This document shows positions 16,492 through 25,652 of a stretch of 44,046 nucleotides of DNA, piece by piece. Both the position numbers and the translations under genes were made by a program. The stretch is taken from assembly GCA_964398955.1 (NCBI GenBank), contig CAYNOZ010000002.1, forward strand, positions 1,814-45,859, read 5' to 3'. This DNA comes from an uncultured Thermococci archaeon. Lineage in GTDB: Archaea; Methanobacteriota_B; Thermococci; Thermococcales; CAYNOZ01. The number at the start of each line of letters is the position of its first letter. Position 1 is the first letter of the stretch. A model generated the notes under the pieces. It was not told the DNA's origin, searched no databases, and saw only the letters and a list, made by a program, of their open reading frames with translations.

Positions 16492-18213
16492 TTACTCATC
16501 TGAAACTTTCTCCAAAGCTTTTTCAGGATCAAAATAATATTGTCTGATTAAGGAAGCTACCTCTCCGTATGAAATGAGAGATTTTTCAGCCATTTTTCTT
16601 AGTAATTTGCTTCTTCTTTCCACTTCACGTTTCATTTCAGGCATACTCATTCCTTGGTCTTCTCTTATCTGCCTTAATATTTCAGATTCTTCTCTTTTAG
16701 TGAATGAATCATCCGCTCTATCCCATTTGTAGGTTTCAATTATCTTCAATCCTTTTGATTCAGATTCTAATCCTAGAAATTCTACGGTTTGATAGTTTCT
16801 TCTAACTTTTTTATCTTCTCTATTGGTAAGTAATTGAAGACATAACATATCTAGTTCCGCTAACATTGGTTTTGGCAGGTTTATAGGTTCTCCAACTAGT
16901 CTATTTACGGCATCTTGTATAGATCCAGAGTGCATAGTAGAGAATCCTGTGTGCCCTGTACTTATAGCCTGGAACATAGCTAATGCTTCTTTACCTCTTA
17001 CTTCTCCAACTAGTATTGCTTCCGGCCTTTGTCTTAATGCCTTCCTCACTAATTCATGCATATCCAATTTTTCCCCTTCTCCAGTTTCTCTAGTTAAATT
17101 TGGTAGCCAATTATCTTGATAAAGAGATAATTCACGAGTATCTTCTATAGACACAATCTTAGCATCCGGAGGAATAAAAAAGCCAAAAGCATTTAGGGTT
17201 GAAGTTTTACCTGATGCAGTACCCCCCACCACCATTATTGATCTTCCATTTTCAACAGCAATCCAAATATTTGCTAACATTTCCGGAGCAAAGGTTCCGT
17301 ATTTTATTAGATCAACTGGTGTGAAACTTCCTCCACCAAACTTTCTAATTGTGAATGAACTACCTCTTGTAGTAACCTCTGATCCTAAAGCCGCTTGGAG
17401 TCTGGATCTATCAGGTAAAGTTGCTTCTACTACAGGATCAGCATAAGAAACGTGAGATCCGCTTTTTTCAGCTAACTTTCTAACGAAAGAATTTAATACC
17501 TCTTCTCCGATCTCCAAATTGGTTTTAAGGTTGTAGAAGTCTCTATGGAAAAGATATATCGGTATGTTCACTCCATCACATGAAATATCTTCTATTGCTT
17601 CATCACGCATTAACCCATCTATTGGTCCATATTCTAAATTATCTCTAACCAGATGATATAATATCCTATGTATCTTTCTAGGGCTACTTATGCCTCGATC
17701 ATCTAAAATTTCTTTAAATCTTTTTCCAAGGAGTTTTTCCTTGTTTTCTTTAATTTTTGTATATGGGAGCCTGTTTTTTAATTCTTCCCAAATAATTTCC
17801 ATTTCTCTTTCCTCTTCCTCCGGCAGTTCTGGTTCCAGTAACTTGTATCTATATTCTCCTGTGTCTGTTTCTTTAACTATCTTCACTTTAGTGTAGGGTT
17901 TTTCAACCCAATAATCTTCTACTACTTTTTCTCCTTCTTTTACTTCTTCATCTATAAGTGACCCATATTTTAGAAAATCATATGGACCCATTCCACCTTT
18001 CTCATTTAATGGTTTTTCTCCCACAAATTCTTCAAGTTTAGACTGAATCTCCCCGATTTTCTCATCAGATTCCATCAATTCAGAAATATCTGGCTTAAAT
18101 TCTTTCCAATCAGTAGTAAGTTCCCTTAACCCATCTAATCCATCATCTGACTCTTTTAATGACTCCAACATAGATCCAATCTCTTCATCATCTACATTTT
18201 CTTTGTCGTTCAT
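16492..18213 (-). CDS. flaI: FlaI/ArlI-type secretion ATPase (GspE/VirB11 superfamily)
   Basis: Walker A GGTASGKTS, Walker B/Asp box IVSIEDTRE, and His box region GHTGFSTMH. Confidence 0.95.
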   Translation of the reverse strand: MNDKENVDDEEIGSMLESLKESDDGLDGLRELTTDWKEFKPDISELMESDEKIGEIQSKLEEFVGEKPLNEKGGMGPYDFLKYGSLIDEEVKEGEKVVEDYWVEKPYTKVKIVKETDTGEYRYKLLEPELPEEEEREMEIIWEELKNRLPYTKIKENKEKLLGKRFKEILDDRGISSPRKIHRILYHLVRDNLEYGPIDGLMRDEAIEDISCDGVNIPIYLFHRDFYNLKTNLEIGEEVLNSFVRKLAEKSGSHVSYADPVVEATLPDRSRLQAALGSEVTTRGSSFTIRKFGGGSFTPVDLIKYGTFAPEMLANIWIAVENGRSIMVVGGTASGKTSTLNAFGFFIPPDAKIVSIEDTRELSLYQDNWLPNLTRETGEGEKLDMHELVRKALRQRPEAILVGEVRGKEALAMFQAISTGHTGFSTMHSGSIQDAVNRLVGEPINLPKPMLAELDMLCLQLLTNREDKKVRRNYQTVEFLGLESESKGLKIIETYKWDRADDSFTKREESEILRQIREDQGMSMPEMKREVERRSKLLRKMAEKSLISYGEVASLIRQYYFDPEKALEKVSDE

Positions 18214-18344
18214 TATGGATTATCCCCAAAACTAACCTTAAAAACATTACCTTTTTCCGAACAACTAACTAATACTAAACACACATGTTAAAAAATGTTT
18301 TTATCTTTAAAACAAATTAAAAATAAATTTTATAAACTATTAGT

Positions 18345-19193
18345 TTAGGTATCTAACAAAAAGGTTCTCTTAGCCTCTAACCCTGAATTAGTAACATCAA
18401 ACTCAAATGTCGAATTAAGCAAGTCACTAGAAGTCACTCCAGAAAATTTATCACAATTCATCTTCCTAGTCCTACTCCCACCACTCGTAGTAGATCTAAA
18501 CTTAAAAACCCCATCAGATAACGAAAGAATAGAATTCTCAACATTCTCAGGGAAAATACCATCAGACAAACGAGTAAAAATCAACGACCTCCAATCCTCC
18601 CTATTCTTAGACCTAATAGTTCTCAAAGAAGTAAGCAAATCCCTCTCCTCACCACTTGGAAAAGCCCTAATCAAATCATCTAAAGACTCAATAAAAATCA
18701 AACTATTCCTACCATTATTATCAATATAATCAATAACAGACCTAACAATCTCAATAGCTTCCTCCTCCTCACCATCCTCCAAAGCCTCATCAGGAGATTC
18801 CAAAGAAGACAAAGTAGAAGAATAATAATCAGACATTAAATCCTCAAACTCTACAACTTCCCTAAAAGACTCTACCAAATCATCAGAATACGCAACTGAA
18901 ACATCTCTAATAATATCATTCTTAGTTTTTGAAAGAAGAACATAAAGAATATTATCAGGCAAAAAAACATCCTCACCATCTGACACATTAAGAATACCCT
19001 CCTTCCTAGCCGCATTCATAAAAGCAGACGTATGAATAAAAGCCTCACGACCAGAACCAGTCCTACCAAAAAGAACTACAAGAGACCCTGAAGGAAGCCC
19101 ACCAGAAACAGCTAAATCAATAGATCCAACTCCAGTAGGTATCCTCGCCTCACCATTCTCAAAAGCATCTTCTCTTCTAGACATATTTTTCAT
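18345..19193 (-). CDS. flaH: FlaH/ArlH-like KaiC/RecA-fold protein with a degenerate P-loop
   Basis: IPTGVGSIDLAVSGGLPSGSLVVLFGRTGSGREAF shows the KaiC/RadA-type N-terminal pattern. The Walker A reads GRTGSGRE instead of GxxGxGK[ST]. Confidence 0.7.
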   Translation of the reverse strand: MKNMSRREDAFENGEARIPTGVGSIDLAVSGGLPSGSLVVLFGRTGSGREAFIHTSAFMNAARKEGILNVSDGEDVFLPDNILYVLLSKTKNDIIRDVSVAYSDDLVESFREVVEFEDLMSDYYSSTLSSLESPDEALEDGEEEEAIEIVRSVIDYIDNNGRNSLIFIESLDDLIRAFPSGEERDLLTSLRTIRSKNREDWRSLIFTRLSDGIFPENVENSILSLSDGVFKFRSTTSGGSRTRKMNCDKFSGVTSSDLLNSTFEFDVTNSGLEAKRTFLLDT

Positions 19194-19948
19194 CCTTACA
19201 ACTACAAAAAATAAACAAACTCAATCCAAACAATCTCAACTTACTCACAAATAACCTAGAAACCCAAATAAAGATCCATTCAACGATCAAGAAAATCTAA
19301 ATTAATTTTAAGTATTCCCTTCTTATTAAAAGAATTAATATTAATAAAGTTTACGAAAATTATTACAAATCCACAACACAACTAATAACTTACTAGCTAA
19401 ATTCCATAAAATCATTGTCTACTTGATCAGAAAATCCACCACACATCAAAAATTTAATTATCAATTTTGATTCATGGAGAAAGGAGTTAGATTTTAGTTG
19501 TGGAGCTCTTGATATTAATTTTCAAGACTTTATGTATTAGTTAATTTTGTGAGAGTTTTACTTTCATGCTAAAAGGTGATAGTAATTTACTTAATTTGTT
19601 TTTTTCATTAGATATTTCATATGTACATTAAGGAAAATTCTCTTTTTTTGATAAAAAAATGTAATCTTTATTCTTTTATATAAGTAATAAATAAATCGGA
19701 ACATTTATAAGTTTTGTAATCATTATTTTGTTTAGTGATCAAGGATTTAGATGATTCCTAACTTACTATCGTATGTGCACGTAAGGTTTTTAATTTATTA
19801 GGCATAATGTAGGATTTTAAGTTGTATTAATTAATTTGGTTACTGTTTAAATGATTTTGAAGCAGTTTAAGCTTTTTAATATTAGTTTGATTGAATTCCT
19901 TATTACTTAAATATCTGAGTTACTAATTAAATCCTCTGGAGGATTAAT

Positions 19949-20605
19949 ATGCAAGAAGTTATGATAATTGACGATGAGGAAGATCTAAGAGAGTTAATTG
20001 AAACGATGTTAGTGAAAGAAGGCTATGATGTTCTGAAGGCTGAAAATGGTGAAAAAGCACTTGATATTCTCGAAGATAAGACTCCTAACTTGATATTGCT
20101 TGATATTCATATGCCAGGACTTGATGGATGGGAAACACTTGAAGAGATGGAAAGGAGAGGTATTACCGAAGATTCCCCAGTAATAATGTTTACAGTAGAA
20201 GAATTGACGTTCGTGAAAATGCTAAGAAAAGATATAGAAGGATTAGTTGGATACATAGAAAAACCATTTGAAAGAAAAAAACTACTTAAAATTATAAAAG
20301 AATACATAGAAAAAACAGAACAAATAAGAGACCTAAGAAAAAAAATAGAAAAAAACCCAGAAGGCGGAGACTACATGGCAGAGGCCTATGAAGCATGGTC
20401 AAGATCTCAAATGATACATGAAAGATTCTTAGAAAAACTAAAGGAACTTGAAGATAAATATAACGACAAAGAAAAACTAGCAAGAATCAAAAACATGAAA
20501 AAAGGAGAAAAAAATACTATAGAAAACTTAGAACATAAAAAAGAAGAACTAATCCAGACAACCAACTTAAAACTTGATGAAAAATTCGATAAACCAAAAA
20601 TCTGA
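19949..20605 (+). CDS. CheY-like response-regulator receiver domain with a C-terminal coiled-coil/charged extension
   Basis: DDEED acidic pocket, phospho-acceptor context LILLDIHMPGLDG, VIMFT, and EKPF (conserved Lys). The roughly 95-aa K/E-rich tail has no DNA-binding motif. Confidence 0.85.
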   Translation: MQEVMIIDDEEDLRELIETMLVKEGYDVLKAENGEKALDILEDKTPNLILLDIHMPGLDGWETLEEMERRGITEDSPVIMFTVEELTFVKMLRKDIEGLVGYIEKPFERKKLLKIIKEYIEKTEQIRDLRKKIEKNPEGGDYMAEAYEAWSRSQMIHERFLEKLKELEDKYNDKEKLARIKNMKKGEKNTIENLEHKKEELIQTTNLKLDEKFDKPKI

Positions 20606-20690
20606 AACTTAAATCTAAAGAACAAAATTAGAATCAAAAAAGCTAGAATAGCTCATAAGGTTAAAAAATAAATGATGGAGGACTTAACAT

Positions 20691-20912
20691 ATGAGTGAAG
20701 AAAACAATGATGAAGATTATGAGAAAATGATCAGACACGACTTGAAAAACAAAATGCAAATAACAAGAGGATATTTAGAACTTATGGAGGATTATGAACT
20801 ACCAGAAGGATCAAAAGATTTATTAAAAAAAGCTATGAACTCAACAAAAGAAAGTCAAGAACTCCTAGACAAATGGAAACTTAAACAAGACCAAAAAGAA
20901 GGAAAAAGTTAA
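20691..20912 (+). CDS. HisKA/DHp-only fragment (H-box), probably the remnant of a sensor histidine kinase
   Basis: MIRHDLKNKMQITRGYLELM is a typical H-box. The ORF stops after 73 aa and has no HATPase_c domain. Confidence 0.5.
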   Translation: MSEENNDEDYEKMIRHDLKNKMQITRGYLELMEDYELPEGSKDLLKKAMNSTKESQELLDKWKLKQDQKEGKS

Positions 20913-21173
20913 AGATATAATCAAAATTATGGAATCTATCTTAACGCTTATTTATTTTTAAATTTTCTCCAGCCGAAAGCCACAATTAAGATTACTACAA
21001 GAGGAAACTCGAACAATTTCATTCTTATTAGAAAACCTGAGATCGTTAAGATTTCATTGAAAAAAATGGAACCAAAAATGTTGGTAAAGATTCCGTAATT
21101 AGTGATGAATGGAAAAAGTTTGAAAAATCTTTAATACTTATATTCCTTAATTATTGTGAGTGTGTGAGATAAG

Positions 21174-21590
21174 ATGTCTGAAAGGTCAGTTTATAAGACT
21201 CAAGTTTCAGAACTTTTATTCGGTTCAGGACTAGTTAAAGAGCAGGAATTCAAAGAAAAAGCTGATATAAATTTTATGAAGGCTCTTGAAGAATTGGAAG
21301 AGGAAAATGAAGCAATTGAAATAGAAGTTAATGAAACAAAATATTTAACTAAGATCATAAATCCAGTTCTGAAAAATAATCTTAATTCTGATGAAAAACT
21401 TTCAAATTTACTAGAAGAAAAGGCTAAATACTTTCTTATTGAAAATAGGGAAGATAAAAAAGTAATTTTAATTTTTGATAAGGATTACAATCTAATTCCA
21501 ATTAAAACTGAGGAGAACATAATAAATAATTTCTTGGAACACTCAGAAAAAAAGGAAAAAATATGTAATCAAAATCTAGAAGAACTATGA
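21174..21590 (+). CDS. Hypothetical protein
   Basis: 138-aa ORF with normal local codon style. No recognisable motif. Confidence 0.5.
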   Translation: MSERSVYKTQVSELLFGSGLVKEQEFKEKADINFMKALEELEEENEAIEIEVNETKYLTKIINPVLKNNLNSDEKLSNLLEEKAKYFLIENREDKKVILIFDKDYNLIPIKTEENIINNFLEHSEKKEKICNQNLEEL

Positions 21591-21688
21591 ATTCTTCAAT
21601 ACCATCAATTAAGAATTAAAGAGTTAAGATATCAAAAAGAAAGTAAGTTAAATTTAGATTAATATTAAATTTTAGGTAGTGAATAAAG

Positions 21689-22354
21689 ATGATTGATATA
21701 ATATTTACCTTATTACCGATCATATTTTTGATTGCAGTAATAATTAACAAAATAATGGCTAAGAAGAGATCAGAAAGTGGGATATCGAATGAACAGAGGG
21801 GAAAACCAAGTGACTACAGTTCAAATGATGATGAAAGTACACAAACAATTTTCGATCAAATAAACAATTTCAAAAATGAGGCGTACGATAACGTTAAATC
21901 ACAAAAAAACGTAAATAGGAATAGTAATACTCCAATAGAATCAGAAAACACTAAAAATTTTAATTCATCCACACTTCAAGGATTTAAACTATTTTTACTG
22001 CATTTGATTTGGTACAAATCGAATGGAAAAAAAGAAATAACCACCTCAGAGATATTCTCTGTCAAATACTTTGAAGGTATGAATTACCAACCTCTGTACT
22101 CACAACTAAAAACATTAGCAAAATTAGGATATTTAAGCACTAACGGTAAGATACCGAACATAAAAATTAAAATCACTGAAAAGGGTAATGAAGAAATAAC
22201 AAGCTATTTTACAGAAGAAGAACTAGAAGAAAAGAATAGACAAAACCTAATGGTAAATTCTATTGAAAATATACTAACATACAATCAGGTAGATAGCAAA
22301 ACAAAAGAACTCTACTCTAAACTATTAAATGATTTAAAGAATCCTAAAAAGTAA
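21689..22354 (+). CDS. Hypothetical membrane-anchored protein with a possible C-terminal winged-helix domain
   Basis: N-terminal TM helix (IIFTLLPIIFLIAVIINKI). The segment ITTSEIF...LYSQLKTLAKLGYLSTNGK looks wHTH-like. Confidence 0.55.
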   Translation: MIDIIFTLLPIIFLIAVIINKIMAKKRSESGISNEQRGKPSDYSSNDDESTQTIFDQINNFKNEAYDNVKSQKNVNRNSNTPIESENTKNFNSSTLQGFKLFLLHLIWYKSNGKKEITTSEIFSVKYFEGMNYQPLYSQLKTLAKLGYLSTNGKIPNIKIKITEKGNEEITSYFTEEELEEKNRQNLMVNSIENILTYNQVDSKTKELYSKLLNDLKNPKK

Positions 22355-22596
22355 TATTTGCTGATTAAAAGCATAGAATAAGGTATATAATAAATTTATA
22401 CTGTTAAGAGGTTACTATACCTTTTAATATGTTACTAAAAATTAACATAAACTAAGAATAGATGTTTTCATGTTATTTTTATTTAATTATATGGGTATTT
22501 TAAGATTAGTTATGATTTTCTTAGATTTAATTCTTTTTTAGACAGATAAATACTCTTTTATTGATTAGAGGTGCTTTCAGAGTTATTAGATAATGT

Positions 22597-22614
22597 GTTA
22601 GGTTTTTACCTAAC
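22597..22614. promoter_or_regulatory. Perfect 7-bp inverted repeat, candidate operator of the ArsR-family gene
   Basis: GTTAGGT-TTTT-ACCTAAC, about 50 nt upstream of the ATG at 22665. Confidence 0.4.
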
Positions 22615-22664
22615 AAAAGCGAAAAACTAATACACTTATATACCTAATCTATCATGATGGAAAT

Positions 22665-23195
22665 ATGGAGAAAATTGAACTTGATAGAACATCTTTTAAG
22701 GCATTAGCCTCTGATACGAGGATAAGAATTATTAAAAAGCTTCATGAAAAAGATAAAAGAATTACTGATTTATCTAAAGATTTAGATCTAACTAAACCTA
22801 CAATATCAGAACATTTAAAGAAACTAGAAGCCTCAAACCTTGTACAAAGAAAATCAGAACAGAAAGCTAGAAAAAGAGTGTACTATGGATTAACAGAAAA
22901 AAGCAAATCACTACTAGAACCAAAATTTACTAGAAACGTAAAAATACTACTAGGATTATCAATAATATCATTTATAGGAGGATTAACCAAATTTTATCAA
23001 TCAATTAACACTAAAACTGGAGGAGATTCACAAATAGGAGTAATGAACACCCCTGAATACTCCACAGCCTCTACCATAGACAAACTCATACAAAACCCAC
23101 CATGGCTAGGAATAATCCTACTAATAACAACATTAACATTCATCACAGTAACCGCCTGGTACTATAAAAATAAAACACCAACAATCCGAAAATAA
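22665..23195 (+). CDS. ArsR-family wHTH regulator with C-terminal transmembrane segments
   Basis: FKALASDTRIRIIKKLHEKDKRITDLSKDLDLTKPTISEHLKKLEASNLV is an ArsR HTH. The C-terminal half has two hydrophobic helices. Confidence 0.8.
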   Translation: MEKIELDRTSFKALASDTRIRIIKKLHEKDKRITDLSKDLDLTKPTISEHLKKLEASNLVQRKSEQKARKRVYYGLTEKSKSLLEPKFTRNVKILLGLSIISFIGGLTKFYQSINTKTGGDSQIGVMNTPEYSTASTIDKLIQNPPWLGIILLITTLTFITVTAWYYKNKTPTIRK

Positions 23196-23350
23196 CAAAT
23201 AAACAAACAAAAATAATAAAAAACTATTTTCCTTAAACAAATAATTAGATTTATTCCCTAAAAATTCAATAAACCAACTTAAAGTATTTTTATGAAAATA
23301 AATAACCAAAAAAGACATAAAGAGATAAAAACATACTTAAAAGATTAACT

Positions 23351-24577
23351 ATGAACTTTGATCATGAAATCGATAGAACTGGGACTAATTCGCTGAAGTG
23401 GGACTTCAGAGAAGAATACTTAGGAAGAGATGATGTCCTCCCAATGTGGGTCGCAGATTCTGACTGGAAAACAGCAAAACCTATTCTCAAATCAATAAAG
23501 AAAAGGATTGATCATGGAATCCTCGGTTATACAAAAGCTGGGAAAAAACATGATGAAGCCGTCATAAATTGGGTTAAAAGAAAATATGGATGGAATATTA
23601 ATTCAGAGTGGATAGTTTACACTAGTGGAATTGTACCATCGCTGAGCGTTTCAGTTAGAGCATTCACAAATTCTGGAGACGGAGTTTTAATTCAAACCCC
23701 TGTTTATTATCCATTTTTTTCCGTAATCAAGAATAATGGCGCTCATATAGTTAACAACCAGCTAATTTATGATAGATCTAATAATGAGTATGATATCAAC
23801 TTTGAAGACTTAAAAAGTAAATTAGAACCTGATCAAAATTTAATTGGTACTAAATCAAGAGTCAAGATGATGATTCTCTGTAATCCTCACAACCCTGTCG
23901 GTAAGGTTTGGAGCAAGAAAAAACTTAGAAAAATTGGAAAGATGGCTTTAGAAAACGATGTATTAGTAGTTTCAGATGAAATACATTCTGATATTATCTT
24001 TAATGGTGAACATACACCTTTTTCCTCTATTTCAGAAAAAATAGCTGAAAATTCCATAACGATGATTTCCCCAAGTAAGACTTTCAATATTGCAGGTCTC
24101 CATATAGGGATAGCTATAATTCCAAATCCTAGGATAAGGAAGATTTTTGAAGAAAATAGAGAACATCTTCTGAAGGAAGGAAACGTATTGGGTTTAACTG
24201 CTCTCAAAGCAGCTTACAAACACGGCGATGAATGGTTAAATAAACAAATATCATATCTTCAGGGAAATAGAGATTTTGCAACTGAATATGTGAAGAAAAA
24301 TATTCCTAAAGTTGAACCTATTCAACCTGAGGGAACTTTTCTACTTTGGTTGGATTTTCATGATTTTGATGTAGAATCTGAAAAACTTAATGAGTTTATT
24401 GTTGAAGAGGCAGGTGTAGGGTTAGATGATGGTTTGTGGTTTGGACCTGGGGGTGAAGGTTTTTTAAGACTAAATTTTGCTTGTCCTAGATCTACTTTAG
24501 AAAAAGGTTTGAAATCAATTGAAGAAGCAATTAAGAAGAAATATTCTTCTGTTGATCCGAGTTTTTTGGAGAGCTAA
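23351..24577 (+). CDS. PLP-dependent aminotransferase class I/II, PatB/MalY-type cystathionine beta-lyase
   Basis: ISPSKTFNIAG (PLP lysine), CNPHNPVG, and DEIHSD. Confidence 0.88.
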   Translation: MNFDHEIDRTGTNSLKWDFREEYLGRDDVLPMWVADSDWKTAKPILKSIKKRIDHGILGYTKAGKKHDEAVINWVKRKYGWNINSEWIVYTSGIVPSLSVSVRAFTNSGDGVLIQTPVYYPFFSVIKNNGAHIVNNQLIYDRSNNEYDINFEDLKSKLEPDQNLIGTKSRVKMMILCNPHNPVGKVWSKKKLRKIGKMALENDVLVVSDEIHSDIIFNGEHTPFSSISEKIAENSITMISPSKTFNIAGLHIGIAIIPNPRIRKIFEENREHLLKEGNVLGLTALKAAYKHGDEWLNKQISYLQGNRDFATEYVKKNIPKVEPIQPEGTFLLWLDFHDFDVESEKLNEFIVEEAGVGLDDGLWFGPGGEGFLRLNFACPRSTLEKGLKSIEEAIKKKYSSVDPSFLES

Positions 24578-24582
24578 GTGTT

Positions 24583-25254
24583 TTAGCTTTCCTTGCCTGT
24601 GAAAACTTTAGTGATTTCTTTTGTTGCTCCTTTTTGAGAGAATACTGTTATTAAATCTCCTTCTTTAATTTCTGTATCTCCTTTTGGTGTGATTAGATTA
24701 TGATCTCTATCTATTGCTAGTACTATAGTTTTTTGATCTATTAATCCTTTATTTGCTGATTCTTCTAATGTTTTATCAATTAAAGGTGATTCAGAAGTAA
24801 CTGTTATTTCAAATACTTCTGCTCCTTTTGTCAGTTTCATATAATTCTTAATAGAAGGTTTTTTCATAGCTCTATACAGATATTCTGCGATAAGTTCATC
24901 TGGATCACCTATTACATTAACTCCAAGTTCTCTGAAATATCTAACATGACTAGTATGATTAACAAGACTTATTAAGGAAGGTATCTCAAAATCTTTTGCA
25001 TTAAGCATAACCATAATATTTGCTGAGTCATCAGAAGTAGTTGAAATTATTGCATCTGCATTATCAGCACCAGCATCCTTTAAGGTATCTCTTATCGTTG
25101 CATCACCCTTTATAAAAACAGAATCATATCTGGATGAAGCTCTATTAATTTTTTCTTCATCCTCATCTATAACCACGACATCATGATGATCCTTTAAAGC
25201 AAATTCAAGAGTCTTCAAACCAATATCCCCCGCTCCAACTATGATCATATACAT
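24583..25254 (-). CDS. trkA: TrkA-type K+ transport regulatory protein (RCK: TrkA-N + TrkA-C)
   Basis: N-terminal Rossmann motif IIVGAGDIG. C-terminal TrkA-C pattern (GDLITVF). Confidence 0.88.
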   Translation of the reverse strand: MYMIIVGAGDIGLKTLEFALKDHHDVVVIDEDEEKINRASSRYDSVFIKGDATIRDTLKDAGADNADAIISTTSDDSANIMVMLNAKDFEIPSLISLVNHTSHVRYFRELGVNVIGDPDELIAEYLYRAMKKPSIKNYMKLTKGAEVFEITVTSESPLIDKTLEESANKGLIDQKTIVLAIDRDHNLITPKGDTEIKEGDLITVFSQKGATKEITKVFTGKES

Positions 25255-25340
25255 TAAGAATACCTCTTAAATTTGCATATAGATTAAGTTATTTTAAAGT
25301 TATGTTTCCAGAATGTGACATCTCATCCAACTTGAAGGTT

Positions 25341-25652
25341 AGAGCTTCCAATAGTCAAACAATTCCAATCAAAGGTTGAGATGTTACCGTGGAAGTGGTG
25401 AAAATTTAAGGGCCACAGACTCTTCATAGTCATCATTGATCCTTCTCCACTCTATAAATTACACCCAGAATAGGGAAAGAGTCGTAACGTAGCCTAAGAG
25501 TTCAAGGGTACTGCCATTTTTACTGTTCATAGGTAAAGAGGGATTTATTCCTCGAAACTCCTAACCCCTCCAAAATTGGCAGCATAAACTTGAAGAGGGG
25601 TTTACAAGAGGCCTGTAACGACCTAATTATCCATTGGAATTATTGGAACTTA
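25341..25652 (+). ncRNA. Candidate structured RNA, tentatively RNase P RNA-like
   Basis: Located in an 814-bp divergent intergenic region, with an ORF-free core of higher GC. AGGGAAAG-A-GUCGU (25472-25485) can pair with ACGACCU (25618-25624), leaving one bulged base as in P4. AGGUAAAGAGGGA and GAAACUCC...CCAAAAU resemble the CR-II and CR-III regions as I remember them. Nested terminal helices: 25346-25352/25642-25648 and 25361-25369/25633-25641. The ACAGAA part of CR-V is not matched. Confidence 0.35.

Noticed and set aside
21102-21180. Second C/D-box sRNA candidate (GTGATGA at 21102, CTGA at about 21177)
   Set aside because: The box spacing of about 75 nt is too long. No credible C' or D' exists, and the D box lies inside the start of the next CDS.
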